A stretch of 64,000 nucleotides of DNA from a virus. Taxonomy: Duplodnaviria > Heunggongvirae > Uroviricota > Caudoviricetes. The position numbers and the translations under genes are program-made. The notes under the pieces were generated by a model, which ran no database searches, was not told the origin of the DNA, and saw nothing but the letters and a program-made list of their open reading frames with translations. The DNA is taken from the IMG/VR virus record IMGVR_UViG_2693429668_000006. One strand, 5' to 3'. Positions 19,231 to 29,700 of the stretch are shown in pieces (positions within the stretch are counted from its first letter, which is position 1; the number at the start of each line of letters is the position of its first letter).

Positions 19231-19898
19231 TATTCTTCTTCCTCCAGACTCAACAGATAATCTACAAATTCTTCAAACTCGGCTTCCGCCTTTTTGTCGC
19301 GCTCGCTACCGGTCATTTCAAAGATAGAACGACCAGACTCTTCCGCATCATCATAGACGTTGCGGTTATATAGATTGACTGGCGCAGACTCGATGCCAAA
19401 CGTCTCAACAATCTCTTTAGCCGCCAGAATGCGAGACACTTGTGATGGCAAAGCCGGGCACTGGTTCATGACCGCGCGGACCTTCACTTTATCGTTTACA
19501 TTACGAACATTGTCGATAATAGGATCGATGTCACGCAGAGATTTCAAATCACGACGCTTAGGACGAAGCGGGATAATGATAACGTCGGCCATCAGCATCG
19601 CTTGTCGCTGAATTTCGGAGTCAAAGCCACCAGCATCTACCACTACAAACTCAGCTCTACCCTGAAGCGATTTTAGGTGCTTAATGATGTCATCCTGAAC
19701 GTATGCAAAAGGAATCAGCTCAAGGTCTTCGTTCTGTCGACGGTCTTCACACCAGCTTGTTGTCGTGCGCTGAATATCTATATCAGTGATATAAACCTTC
19801 TTCTTCTTTTTGACTTTCAGGCAAACGGCAATTTGCTGGGCAACGGTGGATTTGCCAGGCCCGCCCTTTGTGCCGCCAACCACAAAGATCTTGGTCAT
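19230..19898 (-). CDS. ParA-family partition ATPase
   Basis: Deviant Walker A VVGGTKGGPGKST at N-terminus; 222 aa. Confidence 0.75.
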   Translation of the reverse strand: MTKIFVVGGTKGGPGKSTVAQQIAVCLKVKKKKKVYITDIDIQRTTTSWCEDRRQNEDLELIPFAYVQDDIIKHLKSLQGRAEFVVVDAGGFDSEIQRQAMLMADVIIIPLRPKRRDLKSLRDIDPIIDNVRNVNDKVKVRAVMNQCPALPSQVSRILAAKEIVETFGIESAPVNLYNRNVYDDAEESGRSIFEMTGSERDKKAEAEFEEFVDYLLSLEEEE

Positions 19899-19933
19899 TG
19901 GAGAGTTCCCTTTGCGTCTATTATTATCGTCTG

Positions 19934-19950
19934 AAACAACTTGTTTTCTT
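19934..19950. promoter_or_regulatory. operator-like palindrome AAACAACTTGTTTTCTT upstream of parA
   Basis: Recurring AACAAnTTGTT motif; adjacent palindromes GTACGGTGATATGCCGTAC and GGCTATAGCC in the 19898..20178 intergenic region. Confidence 0.4.
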
Positions 19951-20216
19951 ATATGTGATATAGCCTAAATGCCTACGGCTACGGTGTAAAGGTTAAATGG
20001 TAGGTTGTGGTTAACAATTGGCAATCATAGCTTGTATTTGTCTGTTGAAAAAAGTAACAATGACCTCTATATTACAAGTACGGTGATATGCCGTACACAA
20101 TTTGATAATGCACACGTAATGGGCTATAGCCTTTTAAAGTAATTTTTGAGTCGAAAACTCAGTTTGAACAGAGGAGATTGATGGCCTTCCTACATCACGG
20201 CCATCAGGAGGAATAC

Positions 20217-20486
20217 ATGTCAGCACTAAAAAAGCAGCGCATCGATTTGAGATTAACCGATGACGATAAAAGCATCATCGAGGAAGCTGCCGCAATGTCT
20301 AACCAGAGCATTACTCAGTTTATGGTTAGCAGTGCATCTGAACGTGCCGTGAAAGTTATAGAGCAACACCGTAGACTAGTTCTGAATGAAGAATCCTGGA
20401 ATCTGGTTATGGACGCTATAAGCAATCCTCCGGCACCGAACGACAAGCTGAAACGAGCTGCTGATCGTCTGAAAAGCATGGAGTAG
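20217..20486 (+). CDS. DUF1778 / TacA-like antitoxin
   Basis: 89 aa, MSALKKQRIDLRLTDDDKSIIEEAAAM...NPPAPNDKL; SD AGGAGG before ATG at 20217; immediately upstream of GNAT gene. Confidence 0.65.
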   Translation: MSALKKQRIDLRLTDDDKSIIEEAAAMSNQSITQFMVSSASERAVKVIEQHRRLVLNEESWNLVMDAISNPPAPNDKLKRAADRLKSME

Positions 20487-20493
20487 TTTACTC

Positions 20494-21015
20494 GTGAGCA
20501 ATACAACGATAGAGATTTTCTCTGGAGAGAAAGATTATGATCTAAACGGTTTTGATTGCGGCGAAGAGTCACTAAACGCCTTTTTAGCCAACCACTTAAA
20601 AAGGCAGCATGAGGGAAAAATTCTTCGTGCTTATGTGCTTTGCACTCAAGAAGAAAGGCCAAAAGTGTTAGGATATTACACTTTGTCAGGTAGTTGTTTT
20701 GAAAAGGAGTCCTTACCTTCAAGAAGCAAACAAAAGAAGGTTCCTTATCGGAATGTTCCAAGTGTTACTTTGGGTAGGCTGGCTTTGGACAAGTCCCTTC
20801 AAGGTCAAGGATTTGGCTCAATGCTTGTAACACATGCAATGCGCGTTGTGTACAATGCATCTCTTGCTGTAGGCATTCATGGACTTTTCGTTGAGGCGTT
20901 AAATGACAAAGCCAAGGCGTTTTATAAAAGTTTAGGCTTTATCCAGCTGGTTGGTAACAACGAGCGTTCTTTGTTCTATCCTACAAAATCTATCGAAAAA
21001 TTGTTCGAAGAATAA
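20494..21015 (+). CDS. GNAT-family acetyltransferase toxin (TacT/AtaT-like)
   Basis: 173 aa GNAT fold with ...LQGQGFGSMLV... acetyl-CoA motif; paired with DUF1778 gene; GTG start. Confidence 0.65.
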   Translation: MSNTTIEIFSGEKDYDLNGFDCGEESLNAFLANHLKRQHEGKILRAYVLCTQEERPKVLGYYTLSGSCFEKESLPSRSKQKKVPYRNVPSVTLGRLALDKSLQGQGFGSMLVTHAMRVVYNASLAVGIHGLFVEALNDKAKAFYKSLGFIQLVGNNERSLFYPTKSIEKLFEE

Positions 21016-21047
21016 TGTGTTCCCCTCATTTGAGGGGAACTTCGACA

Positions 21048-21233
21048 TCACCAACCACAAACCCTCTCTCCCATCGTATTGTGAAAAAGGATTTGGCGTT
21101 CGGTTTCTTCAGTCATTACATCATTATTGCTGATATAGATAGGCTCAGCCCCATCGCAGAACAACACGCTGGCTGTTTGTGGTTTAATGACGCACCCACT
21201 TATCATACAACTCACGATGAACGGCAGAAGCAT
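21048..21233 (-). CDS. possible o-spanin (Rz1-like lipoprotein) overlapping 3' end of i-spanin-like gene
   Basis: Lipobox-like CMISGC; out-of-frame overlap with 21184..21435; weak, not proline-rich. Confidence 0.3.
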   Translation of the reverse strand: MLLPFIVSCMISGCVIKPQTASVLFCDGAEPIYISNNDVMTEETERQILFHNTMGERVCGW

Positions 21234-21435
21234 CTTTCTGACGTATTTTACTGCTCGTCTCATTCACCACTTTCACTGTGTTTTGAAGTCGTTTTCTGTC
21301 TTCCTGTTTTGCCTTCTCTTCCATTGCTCGTCGCGCCGCATTCCCGCCCATCGTGTAAGCGCCGACAAGAACGAAAAGAACGGCAGCCAGCGTAATCAAA
21401 GCAACTTTTAGCTTTGTCATCAGGCTGCCTAGCAT
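21184..21435 (-). CDS. possible i-spanin (Rz-like)
   Basis: N-terminal TM anchor LKVALITLAAVLFVLVGAY followed by charged coiled-coil-like region. Confidence 0.35.
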   Translation of the reverse strand: MLGSLMTKLKVALITLAAVLFVLVGAYTMGGNAARRAMEEKAKQEDRKRLQNTVKVVNETSSKIRQKDASAVHRELYDKWVRH

Positions 21436-21436
21436 A

Positions 21437-22156
21437 TTAGACCATCCCTTTCTGGTGTTTTCTTACCTGCGACCAGGCAATGAATCCTGCCACAACAATA
21501 GTGGCAATACCGAAGATGATGCGTACTGTATCCCCGCTAGAGATATGACCTTGTGCTTTATCCATAGCAGCGGAAACCTGCGGCATAACATCGGCCAGCT
21601 GCGCCAGACCAATACCTGCTGTAACAGTTGCGCCTGCGGTTTCTTTAGTTACAGGAACAGCCTTCACGGTTTTCACCGGCTTAACAACGCCAGCTCGACG
21701 CAGACCTTCCTCAATAACTTCTGCCGCATACCAGGTGTTCAGCGTTTTTAGCGGGCCTCGGCCATTCTCGTGGCGAATGATTGCCTCAACCAAAGGTCGA
21801 AGGATGTCGTAATCATGCAGATCGATGATCATGTCTGCGGTTACACCAACGGCTTTAGACACCTCATTAATGTAGGCGTCAGTATTGTTTTCATTCGGCG
21901 GTGCCCAGCGTTCAATAACTTCACGAATGGTATCGATACTTGTGCCGTCTTTTGCGCGACGTTTATCGTGGTAGGTAATTAGAGTCACCGCCAGCGCACG
22001 AATCCCCCAAACAGGGTCTTTAAACGTGCAAAAGCGCGGTTCGTCTGGATTCGCAACCAGACCTTGCCACGGTGATCCTTTATCAAGATTACCGGGGTTA
22101 TTATTACGAATGCCTCTCGGAGTCTTCATCCTTGATCTCCTGTTATTGCAGTCCAT
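21437..22156 (-). CDS. putative peptidoglycan hydrolase / endolysin with C-terminal TM segment
   Basis: Position in lysis-like cassette; conserved-looking GIRNNNPGNL motif; C-terminal hydrophobic stretch; assignment uncertain. Confidence 0.35.
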   Translation of the reverse strand: MDCNNRRSRMKTPRGIRNNNPGNLDKGSPWQGLVANPDEPRFCTFKDPVWGIRALAVTLITYHDKRRAKDGTSIDTIREVIERWAPPNENNTDAYINEVSKAVGVTADMIIDLHDYDILRPLVEAIIRHENGRGPLKTLNTWYAAEVIEEGLRRAGVVKPVKTVKAVPVTKETAGATVTAGIGLAQLADVMPQVSAAMDKAQGHISSGDTVRIIFGIATIVVAGFIAWSQVRKHQKGMV

Positions 22157-22466
22157 TTTTTACGCCATACGCGGCTAACCCCAAAAGCAGTGCAGTAATA
22201 ATGAACGACGTTATTTTAGAAACAATGCCGCCAAAGAACCCACTGGAGATGGAATCTAACCGGTTAAGGAGCTTGTCCAGGTTGGAGTGTTGAATACTAT
22301 GTTGCGCCGGGGTCATATCACCAAAGTAGGTTTTCAGCTGATCATTGACCTCCTGGCCAATTTCTTCACGTAGCTCTTTGCCTAATTTGCCAACAACCTC
22401 CCGAGCAACGATCGCGGCAATACGCTCAACTTGCTCTGTTGTAACGCCCGCCATCTCGTTCGACAT
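22143..22466 (-). CDS. hypothetical membrane-anchored protein (holin candidate)
   Basis: 107 aa with single C-terminal TM; first gene after side-fibre gene. Confidence 0.3.
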   Translation of the reverse strand: MSNEMAGVTTEQVERIAAIVAREVVGKLGKELREEIGQEVNDQLKTYFGDMTPAQHSIQHSNLDKLLNRLDSISSGFFGGIVSKITSFIITALLLGLAAYGVKNGLQ

Positions 22467-22669
22467 GTTTTCCTCCGTGAAAAGTCAAATCGGGATGGCG
22501 GATTTATATCACACTTCTCCTTTTAATTGTAGGTATATACTTACCTACCTATACATATACCGTTTAACGGTTGTTCATATTCGCATCTAGTAACTCACTA
22601 ATATATCCCTATGATTGCGGCTGTGAAATCGCATTTTTAAACCACACAGCCATATAAATAATGTCTAAA

Positions 22670-25600
22670 TCAGTTACTTGTTGCCCCAACAGTACCTGCA
22701 AATTTCAGCCATTGACCTGACGGACTTCTATTACTACGGTAGTGATAAACGAGGATTGCGTTTGTAATCCCACCATAGTCAGCTTTGTGTGACGTCGTTA
22801 AACGAATTGTATAATCACCGTTAGGTAGATTAAAAACTTCGATTATAGATTCTGCTAATTCTACAGCACCAAATCCCGTTATATTGTTGATACTGCCAGC
22901 ATTGAATCCCATAGCATCGCCAAAGCCAATCCAATAACTTTTGCTAAACGCCCCATTTGATTTTAGGTGGCTAATGAATGCGGACAAGCTCATGCCCATA
23001 TCCCCACCTGAAACAGAGGAAGTTCGCACAGTCATACTTGGAAGAGCACTGCTCTTCACATAGGAACTTAGAAGGTTTGTTACCTCTGTTTTCGTGTAAG
23101 CATTAAGGTTAGCCGCAGTCAAAGTTATATCGGCAGAGCCATCAAACGCCACACCAGCAATTTTCCTTGCTGTCTGCAATTTTGTGGCGGTTGCGGCATT
23201 ACCAGTAGTGTTCTGGTTCCCATCTGCATTCACACCTGGAATGCTGTCTTTTTTAGTATATATCTGAGTCCAGTCCTCTTCGAACCCATAGCCATCACGT
23301 GATGAACGGTAATACAATCCACCATTTTTATAATGCGCTCGGATTTGGAGAGTCCGACAACTACCTACGCCTATATAAAAATTTGCAACGATATAAGAAT
23401 CCCCGGAGCGTGTAACATTATACGCACCTGATTCGGCATTCCACGGGACCGCACCACTAGCATCGGCATAAGTTCCAGTAGCGCGTCGAGCAAAAGCAGA
23501 TACATTTGCAGCTGTTAGTGTTATATCAGCAGAACCATCAAAAGACACGCCGCTTATTTTTCTAGCAGTTTGCAACTTCGTAGCTGTTGAAGCATTACCG
23601 TTCAAACTACCATTTACGCCACCAGTAACATTTAGTCCATTACCAATGGACACAGCACCGCTGGTATTATTAATTGTAATAGGTCGCAAACCGTTCCATG
23701 AACCTAATGTGTCTCCTGATGCTGTTAGCATGAAATATGTGTTCGATCCATCATTACGGATAAAGAACCCAAAGCTACCGTAAGCAATGCGGAAACCATT
23801 TGCATATTTTGAAACGATCTCACCAGAAGACGTTAATCCGCCAGTTAACGCTCCTCCAGATAGTGGTAAAGCTCCGACATCAGCCGCAGTAGGCTTGTTT
23901 TTAGTGTTATACGCTCTGCGCCATCCTGGTGAATAGCTCGTCCCGTTAAATACATAGATAAACTCCGCATTAGTGAGAGCACCAGAGACACTCGCCGTTG
24001 TGGCCGTTGTTATACGGATCGTATAATTGTTTGAGCTACTACCGTTATTAAATACCTCTATAACAGCTCCTGCTAATGGAATAACGCCACAACCAGTTTC
24101 ACTATTTGGTATGGTTGCACTATTGGCATAGGCCCACGCACATCGAGCAATCCATGACTTTGTGTTAAATGCTCCATTATTTTGCAATAACGTCACTAAC
24201 TGTGCTGTTGTTATTGCTCCGCCATTACTTCCTGTAGTTAACCAACCAGTAGGAGATGCCGGGCAACCTATATTTGCTGGCGACAAGGAAATATTTGCCG
24301 AGCCGTCAAACGACACCCCATTGATAGTACGCGCAGTCTGCAACTTCGTAGCAGTAGCCGCGTTGCCCGTTGTATTCTGATTACCAGTCGTATTAACACC
24401 TGGCAAATTAATATTCGCAGTACCATCAAAGCTCACGCCGCCGATAGTTCTTGCCGTCTGAAGTTTTGTAGCAGTTGCAGCATTACCAGTGGTGTTCTGA
24501 TTACCCGTAGTGTTTACACCTGGAAGGTTAATATTTGCAGAACCGTCGAAAACAACTCCACCGATAGATCTTGCCGTCTGCAATTTCGTGGCTGTACTTG
24601 CATTACCATTCAATGAACCAGTTAATCCACCTGTAACAGACAACGGACCTGAAACTGTTCCTCCGGTTGTTGGCAGTGCTCCAATATCTGATGGTGTAGG
24701 TTTCTGATGTGAGCTATACATCGTATAAACAACACCATCGGTAACGCTGGAAGGCTTACTCGCTGAATATGTTGGCGAGGTATAAATAGAAACTGTCGCA
24801 TTTGCAGTACAATCCCAATGGATATTTACACGAGTCGCATAATTGCCAATCTCAACGTAAATATCATATGTATCGCCGGATGTGTTGATCCAGGCGAAAT
24901 TCGTTAATCCGACAGCTGTACGCTTCCACAAAGCACCTGTAATCCCTTTGGGGTTTCCATTGCCTGCTCGTAGAACCAGTTCTGAAATGCCTGCCTGATG
25001 TGGGGAGCCGACGTTGTAACCAGCGCCACCAATCAATGCGATGTAAACGATGGAACTCGCTTGTGGCATGGTAACCGTAGCCAGTTTGAACCACCCTGCC
25101 CCGCCAGAGAAAGACATCGTTACTGAATTTAAAGTACCAATATCTTTCGGCGTTAATGTGATATCCGCAGTCAGTGCTTTACCGTTAACTTTTCGGTTAG
25201 ATGGCACCCTGCTATTCGCATTGTCATTGGCTGCTTTAACTGCTTTTGGCGTTGCGGCCAGCGATTCACTGGTGCTGTCGACAGCACTGCTAAGTTTCAC
25301 AACACCTTTAGTTGTAAGGCTTGCGTCTTCCATCGCAACTGCACCGGCAATCTCTTCAGCACGATCAGCAGCAGCTTCCGCACGGGTCGCAGCGGATTCA
25401 GCAGCAGTTTTGCTCTGAGATGCTGCCGTCGCACTGCCTGCCGCCTCTGTTGCTTTCGTGGATGCCGTCGTGGCACTGCCCTTCGCTGCTGACGCCTGTC
25501 TGGTCGCCTCATCTTTTGAAGCAGACGCAGATGATGCCGATGACGCCGCCGAACTGGCGGACGATGCGGCAGCCGTTTTTGAGGATTCTGCGCTGGTTTC

Positions 25601-26695
25601 CGACGCTTTCGCGTTCGTTTCGGATGTCTTCGCTGCGGAAGCAGACCTCGCTGCTGCGCTAGCCTGTTCAGTGGCTTCGCCAGCCTTCGTTGTGGCTGTT
25701 GAAGCAGACGATGCGGCACTTTCTGCCGATTTTCCGGCGGCGGTGGCACTGGCTGAGGCCTGCCCGGCACTTGTTGACGCGGCACTGGCAGACGACGCAG
25801 CCGCTGTTTTTGAGCCTGCCGCAGCTGAGGCACTCTGTGCTGCTGCCGTCTCAGAAGACTTAGCGTTCGTCTCGGACGTTTTTGCCGCCTTCGCGGAATT
25901 GCCTGCCGCTGTTGCCGAGGAGGCTGCACTACTGGCGCTCAAGGATGCGTTCGTTTCTGATGATTTCGCTGCCTCTTTTGAGGCCGCCGCATCCCGGGCT
26001 GAGGTGGCAGCTTCTGACGCTTTCGTGGTCGCGGTGGATGCAGAAGTGGCTGCTGATTGTTGTGACGCTGCGGCATTCGTTTCAGATTTTTTCGCAGCAG
26101 TTGCACTCGCACTTGCGGCACTTTGTGAGGATGCCGCAGCGGATGCACTTTGAGACGCTTGAGAGGCTTTTTCTCCAGCGGTATTGGCGCTTTCTGCTGC
26201 TGCGGCAGCACTGGCCGCTGCCTCACGAGCTTTGTCGCCAGCAGCATCAATCGCGTCAGTGTTATTTTTATACCACTCAACGTTTTCGTTGTGCTCGTTG
26301 ACGATCTGCATTAGCGGCTTAACGGTTACTTCTGTACCGTCTTCACGCTCGATTGTCACCTCATCCAGAGCAGTCAACCAACTGCGCATAGACTTGGAAT
26401 CAGCCGACATACGCGACATTAGTGCTGTAAAGCGCGCGCTAAACTGTGTTAAGTCGCCTTCATAGGTCGTAATGATTCGGCACGGAACCTCAGACTGAGT
26501 TTCGCCGGTATAAGGTTCTGAGAGAACAATATTCGTATCGCTTATTACGCGCTTGATCTCATACAGCTTATTGTCGGGGCCAATGACGATCATCCCCGGC
26601 AACACACCATTAGCTGTTACGTTCCAGGCTGTCCCTGCCCCAACCAGAGTATTGCTACCCTGTGTAAATGTGATAGTACCTTCCCTGTACCACAT
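22670..26695 (-). CDS. side tail fibre protein (lambda Stf-like) with Ala/Ser-rich region and five tail-fibre repeats
   Basis: Ala/Ser-rich segment ...AKKSETNAAASQQSAATSAST...KTSETNAKSSETAA... closely resembles lambda Stf; five copies of GNA(S/A)TATKLQTAR-x-I-x-GV-x-FDG-x-A-x-I-x-L. Confidence 0.8.
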   Translation of the reverse strand: MWYREGTITFTQGSNTLVGAGTAWNVTANGVLPGMIVIGPDNKLYEIKRVISDTNIVLSEPYTGETQSEVPCRIITTYEGDLTQFSARFTALMSRMSADSKSMRSWLTALDEVTIEREDGTEVTVKPLMQIVNEHNENVEWYKNNTDAIDAAGDKAREAAASAAAAAESANTAGEKASQASQSASAAASSQSAASASATAAKKSETNAAASQQSAATSASTATTKASEAATSARDAAASKEAAKSSETNASLSASSAASSATAAGNSAKAAKTSETNAKSSETAAAQSASAAAGSKTAAASSASAASTSAGQASASATAAGKSAESAASSASTATTKAGEATEQASAAARSASAAKTSETNAKASETSAESSKTAAASSASSAASSASSASASKDEATRQASAAKGSATTASTKATEAAGSATAASQSKTAAESAATRAEAAADRAEEIAGAVAMEDASLTTKGVVKLSSAVDSTSESLAATPKAVKAANDNANSRVPSNRKVNGKALTADITLTPKDIGTLNSVTMSFSGGAGWFKLATVTMPQASSIVYIALIGGAGYNVGSPHQAGISELVLRAGNGNPKGITGALWKRTAVGLTNFAWINTSGDTYDIYVEIGNYATRVNIHWDCTANATVSIYTSPTYSASKPSSVTDGVVYTMYSSHQKPTPSDIGALPTTGGTVSGPLSVTGGLTGSLNGNASTATKLQTARSIGGVVFDGSANINLPGVNTTGNQNTTGNAATATKLQTARTIGGVSFDGTANINLPGVNTTGNQNTTGNAATATKLQTARTINGVSFDGSANISLSPANIGCPASPTGWLTTGSNGGAITTAQLVTLLQNNGAFNTKSWIARCAWAYANSATIPNSETGCGVIPLAGAVIEVFNNGSSSNNYTIRITTATTASVSGALTNAEFIYVFNGTSYSPGWRRAYNTKNKPTAADVGALPLSGGALTGGLTSSGEIVSKYANGFRIAYGSFGFFIRNDGSNTYFMLTASGDTLGSWNGLRPITINNTSGAVSIGNGLNVTGGVNGSLNGNASTATKLQTARKISGVSFDGSADITLTAANVSAFARRATGTYADASGAVPWNAESGAYNVTRSGDSYIVANFYIGVGSCRTLQIRAHYKNGGLYYRSSRDGYGFEEDWTQIYTKKDSIPGVNADGNQNTTGNAATATKLQTARKIAGVAFDGSADITLTAANLNAYTKTEVTNLLSSYVKSSALPSMTVRTSSVSGGDMGMSLSAFISHLKSNGAFSKSYWIGFGDAMGFNAGSINNITGFGAVELAESIIEVFNLPNGDYTIRLTTSHKADYGGITNAILVYHYRSNRSPSGQWLKFAGTVGATSN

Positions 26696-26788
26696 GTTGA
26701 ATATGCTCCTTGATTTGGCGGGTTATCCTTGCCCGCCATTAAGTAAATACTTACCTATTTTTACCGATATAAAATTTTTTTTCCACCA

Positions 26789-29700
26789 TCACAGACGGCC
26801 AATTCTTACTCGTAGGACGTTGTTATCGTCATAAACGTCAATCCGCTGACCATTTATAACCAATCTCCCATTGCCGCCGCTATTACCGTTGATCTCAAGC
26901 GTTCCATTTTTGCCGAACCGCCATCCAGATCTACCGCTAACAAAATTGGTAGATTGCAGATCGCCTACTTTTGCATTGGTGATTGTGCCATCCTTGATAT
27001 ACGCTCCATTCATATAGGCGATACTGTTTTCGATAACAAATGGCGTTGTGATCTTCCCGTTAACAGAGTTGACCAAACCAAACCTGTCCGCCTGAACCAA
27101 AAACTGAGATAGCCCAGTGGTGTCAATACCAAGCGCAATACCGGCAACATACTTCTGCCCTCCGCTCGTTGAAGTCTCCATTTTCAACGTCCACGCGGTT
27201 GATACTTTTTTGTTGGTATCAGCAATAGCTGTTGCCTGCTGTTGAATTGTCGCGGTATTTCCATCCACCTCTGCTTTCAGAGTATCGATTCGCCCACTCA
27301 GAGCATTATCTGCCTGCGTTCTCGCTGTCGTTTCAGTTGTGACCGCCGCAGAAATGTTGGCTGCTGTTTGAGACTCTAAGTTTGTGATTTGAGTCGCCAA
27401 TGCAGCATCTTGCTCTGTACGCGTTTTCGTTTCGGTTGCTACAGCCGCTTTAATATCCTCTTTGTATTGAGAGGTCAGCTTGGTGATCTGAGACGACAAC
27501 GCCGAGTCAGCATCAGTTCGAGCCTGCGTTTCAACTGCAACGGCCGCACTAATATCTTTCGCTGTCTGTGCTTTTAAACTTGAAACCTCTTTTGTTAAAG
27601 CGGTATCACCATCTGCACGAGCCGTTGTTTCTCTGGCAAGAGACGCCTCGAGATCATTAGCTTTTGCTGTAAGAGACGTAATCTGGGTAGACAATGCACT
27701 ATCGGCATCAGTCCTTGCTTTTGTCTCTACAGCAACCGCTGCGGCAATATCAGTTCCGGTTTGTGCTCGCAGGCTGTTAATTTCTCGTGAGAGCGCCTGG
27801 TCAGCACTTGCTCTGGCCTCCTGCTCCTGAGTGATGGCCGCGGATATATCACCGTCAACCTTTGACTGAAGCTGGTTTATTTGTTTGGCTAACGCAGAGT
27901 CCCCGCTTGCTCGGGCCTCCTGCTCACTACGTATTGCAGCAGAAATATCATCATCAACCTTTGCCTGAAGTTGGGTGATCTGGCTTGCCAGAGCCGAATC
28001 TTCCGTTGCTCGGGCTTCTTGCTCTTCCTTAATGGCTGCGACGATATCGTTGCTTACTTTCGACTCAAGCTGAGTGATCTGTGTCGTCAGAGCTTCATCG
28101 GCAGATGTACGAGCCTCCTGCTCTGTACTAATCGCCGCGCTGATATCTCCTTCAAACTTAGATTGCAGCTGAGTGACACGCTTTGCCAACGCTTCATCGC
28201 CATCGGCACGAGCGGTGGACTCTTCCAGAATACTGGCCTTAATGTCTTCGCCAATTTCTACGCGAATTTCCTCAACCTTCGTGGCCATTGCAGACATATC
28301 ATCAGCAAAGGTTTTCTGTGTTGTTGCGATCTTCGCGTTATTGACCATCTGCTTGTGCTGGTCTTCATCTTGACGAAGAGCCAGGTCAATATTTGTTTTG
28401 GCTAACGCCTCAATGTTCGTAGTCAGTTCTGCACTGGCACGATCGACCTCTGCAACCGTCTTTTTCATTTCTTCAACGGCAGCGGAGCTTTCCTCTACCG
28501 TTGACTGCAACACTTCCAGTTGTTTAGCGTTTGCAGCATCGCCTTCAACACGAGCCTCGCTTTCCTTAGCAATAAGAGCCGCCGCTTCATCTCTTGCAGC
28601 CTTTATTGCCTCGACTGTATTAGCGAGAGCTTTATCGTGTTCAGATACGGTGTTTTCGATTTCAACAATTGCAGCATCAGTAGCATCAATTTTTTCAAAC
28701 GCTTCATTGACCTTGTCGATCGTTGCCGAAACCTCACCTTTAAGCTCGGTTTGTGCGTTCTCCAAAGCATCGCTACGCTCGTTGAATTTTATTTCAAAAT
28801 CCGCGAGGTTATCGCTGAACTGCTTATCTAATTCAGCTATATCTTCCTTAACGTCGTTTACCGCCCCCTCCAAAGATTCGACGCTCTGGTTGATATGCTC
28901 ATTTAACTCGTCAACTGCTTCTTGAGAGGCTTTGCTGTTGATGTCCTCAAGCAGAGCCTGACCAAGCTCGGAAGATGTAATTTTGCCAGTCAGGAACGAC
29001 AGTACATCGCGAGTTGTCGCCTCTGTACCCAAGTTTGAGTTCGGAGGACTTAACATACCTCGCTTGTTCGATGCTCGAACCCAGTAATACCACGTTTCGC
29101 TATCCCCAAGACCAGCATGTGTAAAGGTGGTGCTTGCAGACTCTGCGATCAGTTTCGCCGTATCCAGATTGTTGGTCTGGGATGCGTAAACATTAATGTG
29201 ATCAAGGTCTACCGAATCTGGATTAACCCAATTCAGTATCACATTACGATAGTCTCCAACGGCCGTTAATGACGTTGGGGCATCCGGCGGTGTCATTGTG
29301 CCCAACACCTGATAAACGGTACTGATAATCTCTGTTTTTTTACCGTTGAATGAAACCGCATACAGCTGGAAGTCGTAGCGTCCATTCTCCGCGACATTAA
29401 CGATTTCGTATTGCTCTTCGGTTACACGCGCCGATTGCCAGTTCGATACATTGTTTTCATCAGAACGTCGCCAACTGATCCAATACTCTGGAGATTTCCC
29501 TTCCCATGTTGCAGTCAGTTTTACTGACAGGTTGCCCGGGCTTGAGAGATAAGTCCCTTCAGTGATTTGCAGATTAGATGGCTTGGAGTAAGTTGGGTCC
29601 AATACCGTCGTATTCTGCGGGATCAGCGTTGCACCATTGTCGATTGCCTCATATTTAGACGGATTGTTCTCAACAGCGGTGATGTCAAAGCTACCCGGCG

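Noticed and set aside
25050-26465. Multiple ORF-track ORFs on both strands (e.g. 25297..25929 minus, 25458..26153 plus, 25939..26280 minus)
   Set aside because: They lie inside the Stf-like gene, in its Ala/Ser-rich repetitive GC-rich region, which is open in several frames; the products are low-complexity Arg/Pro/Gln-rich or Ala/Asp-rich artefacts
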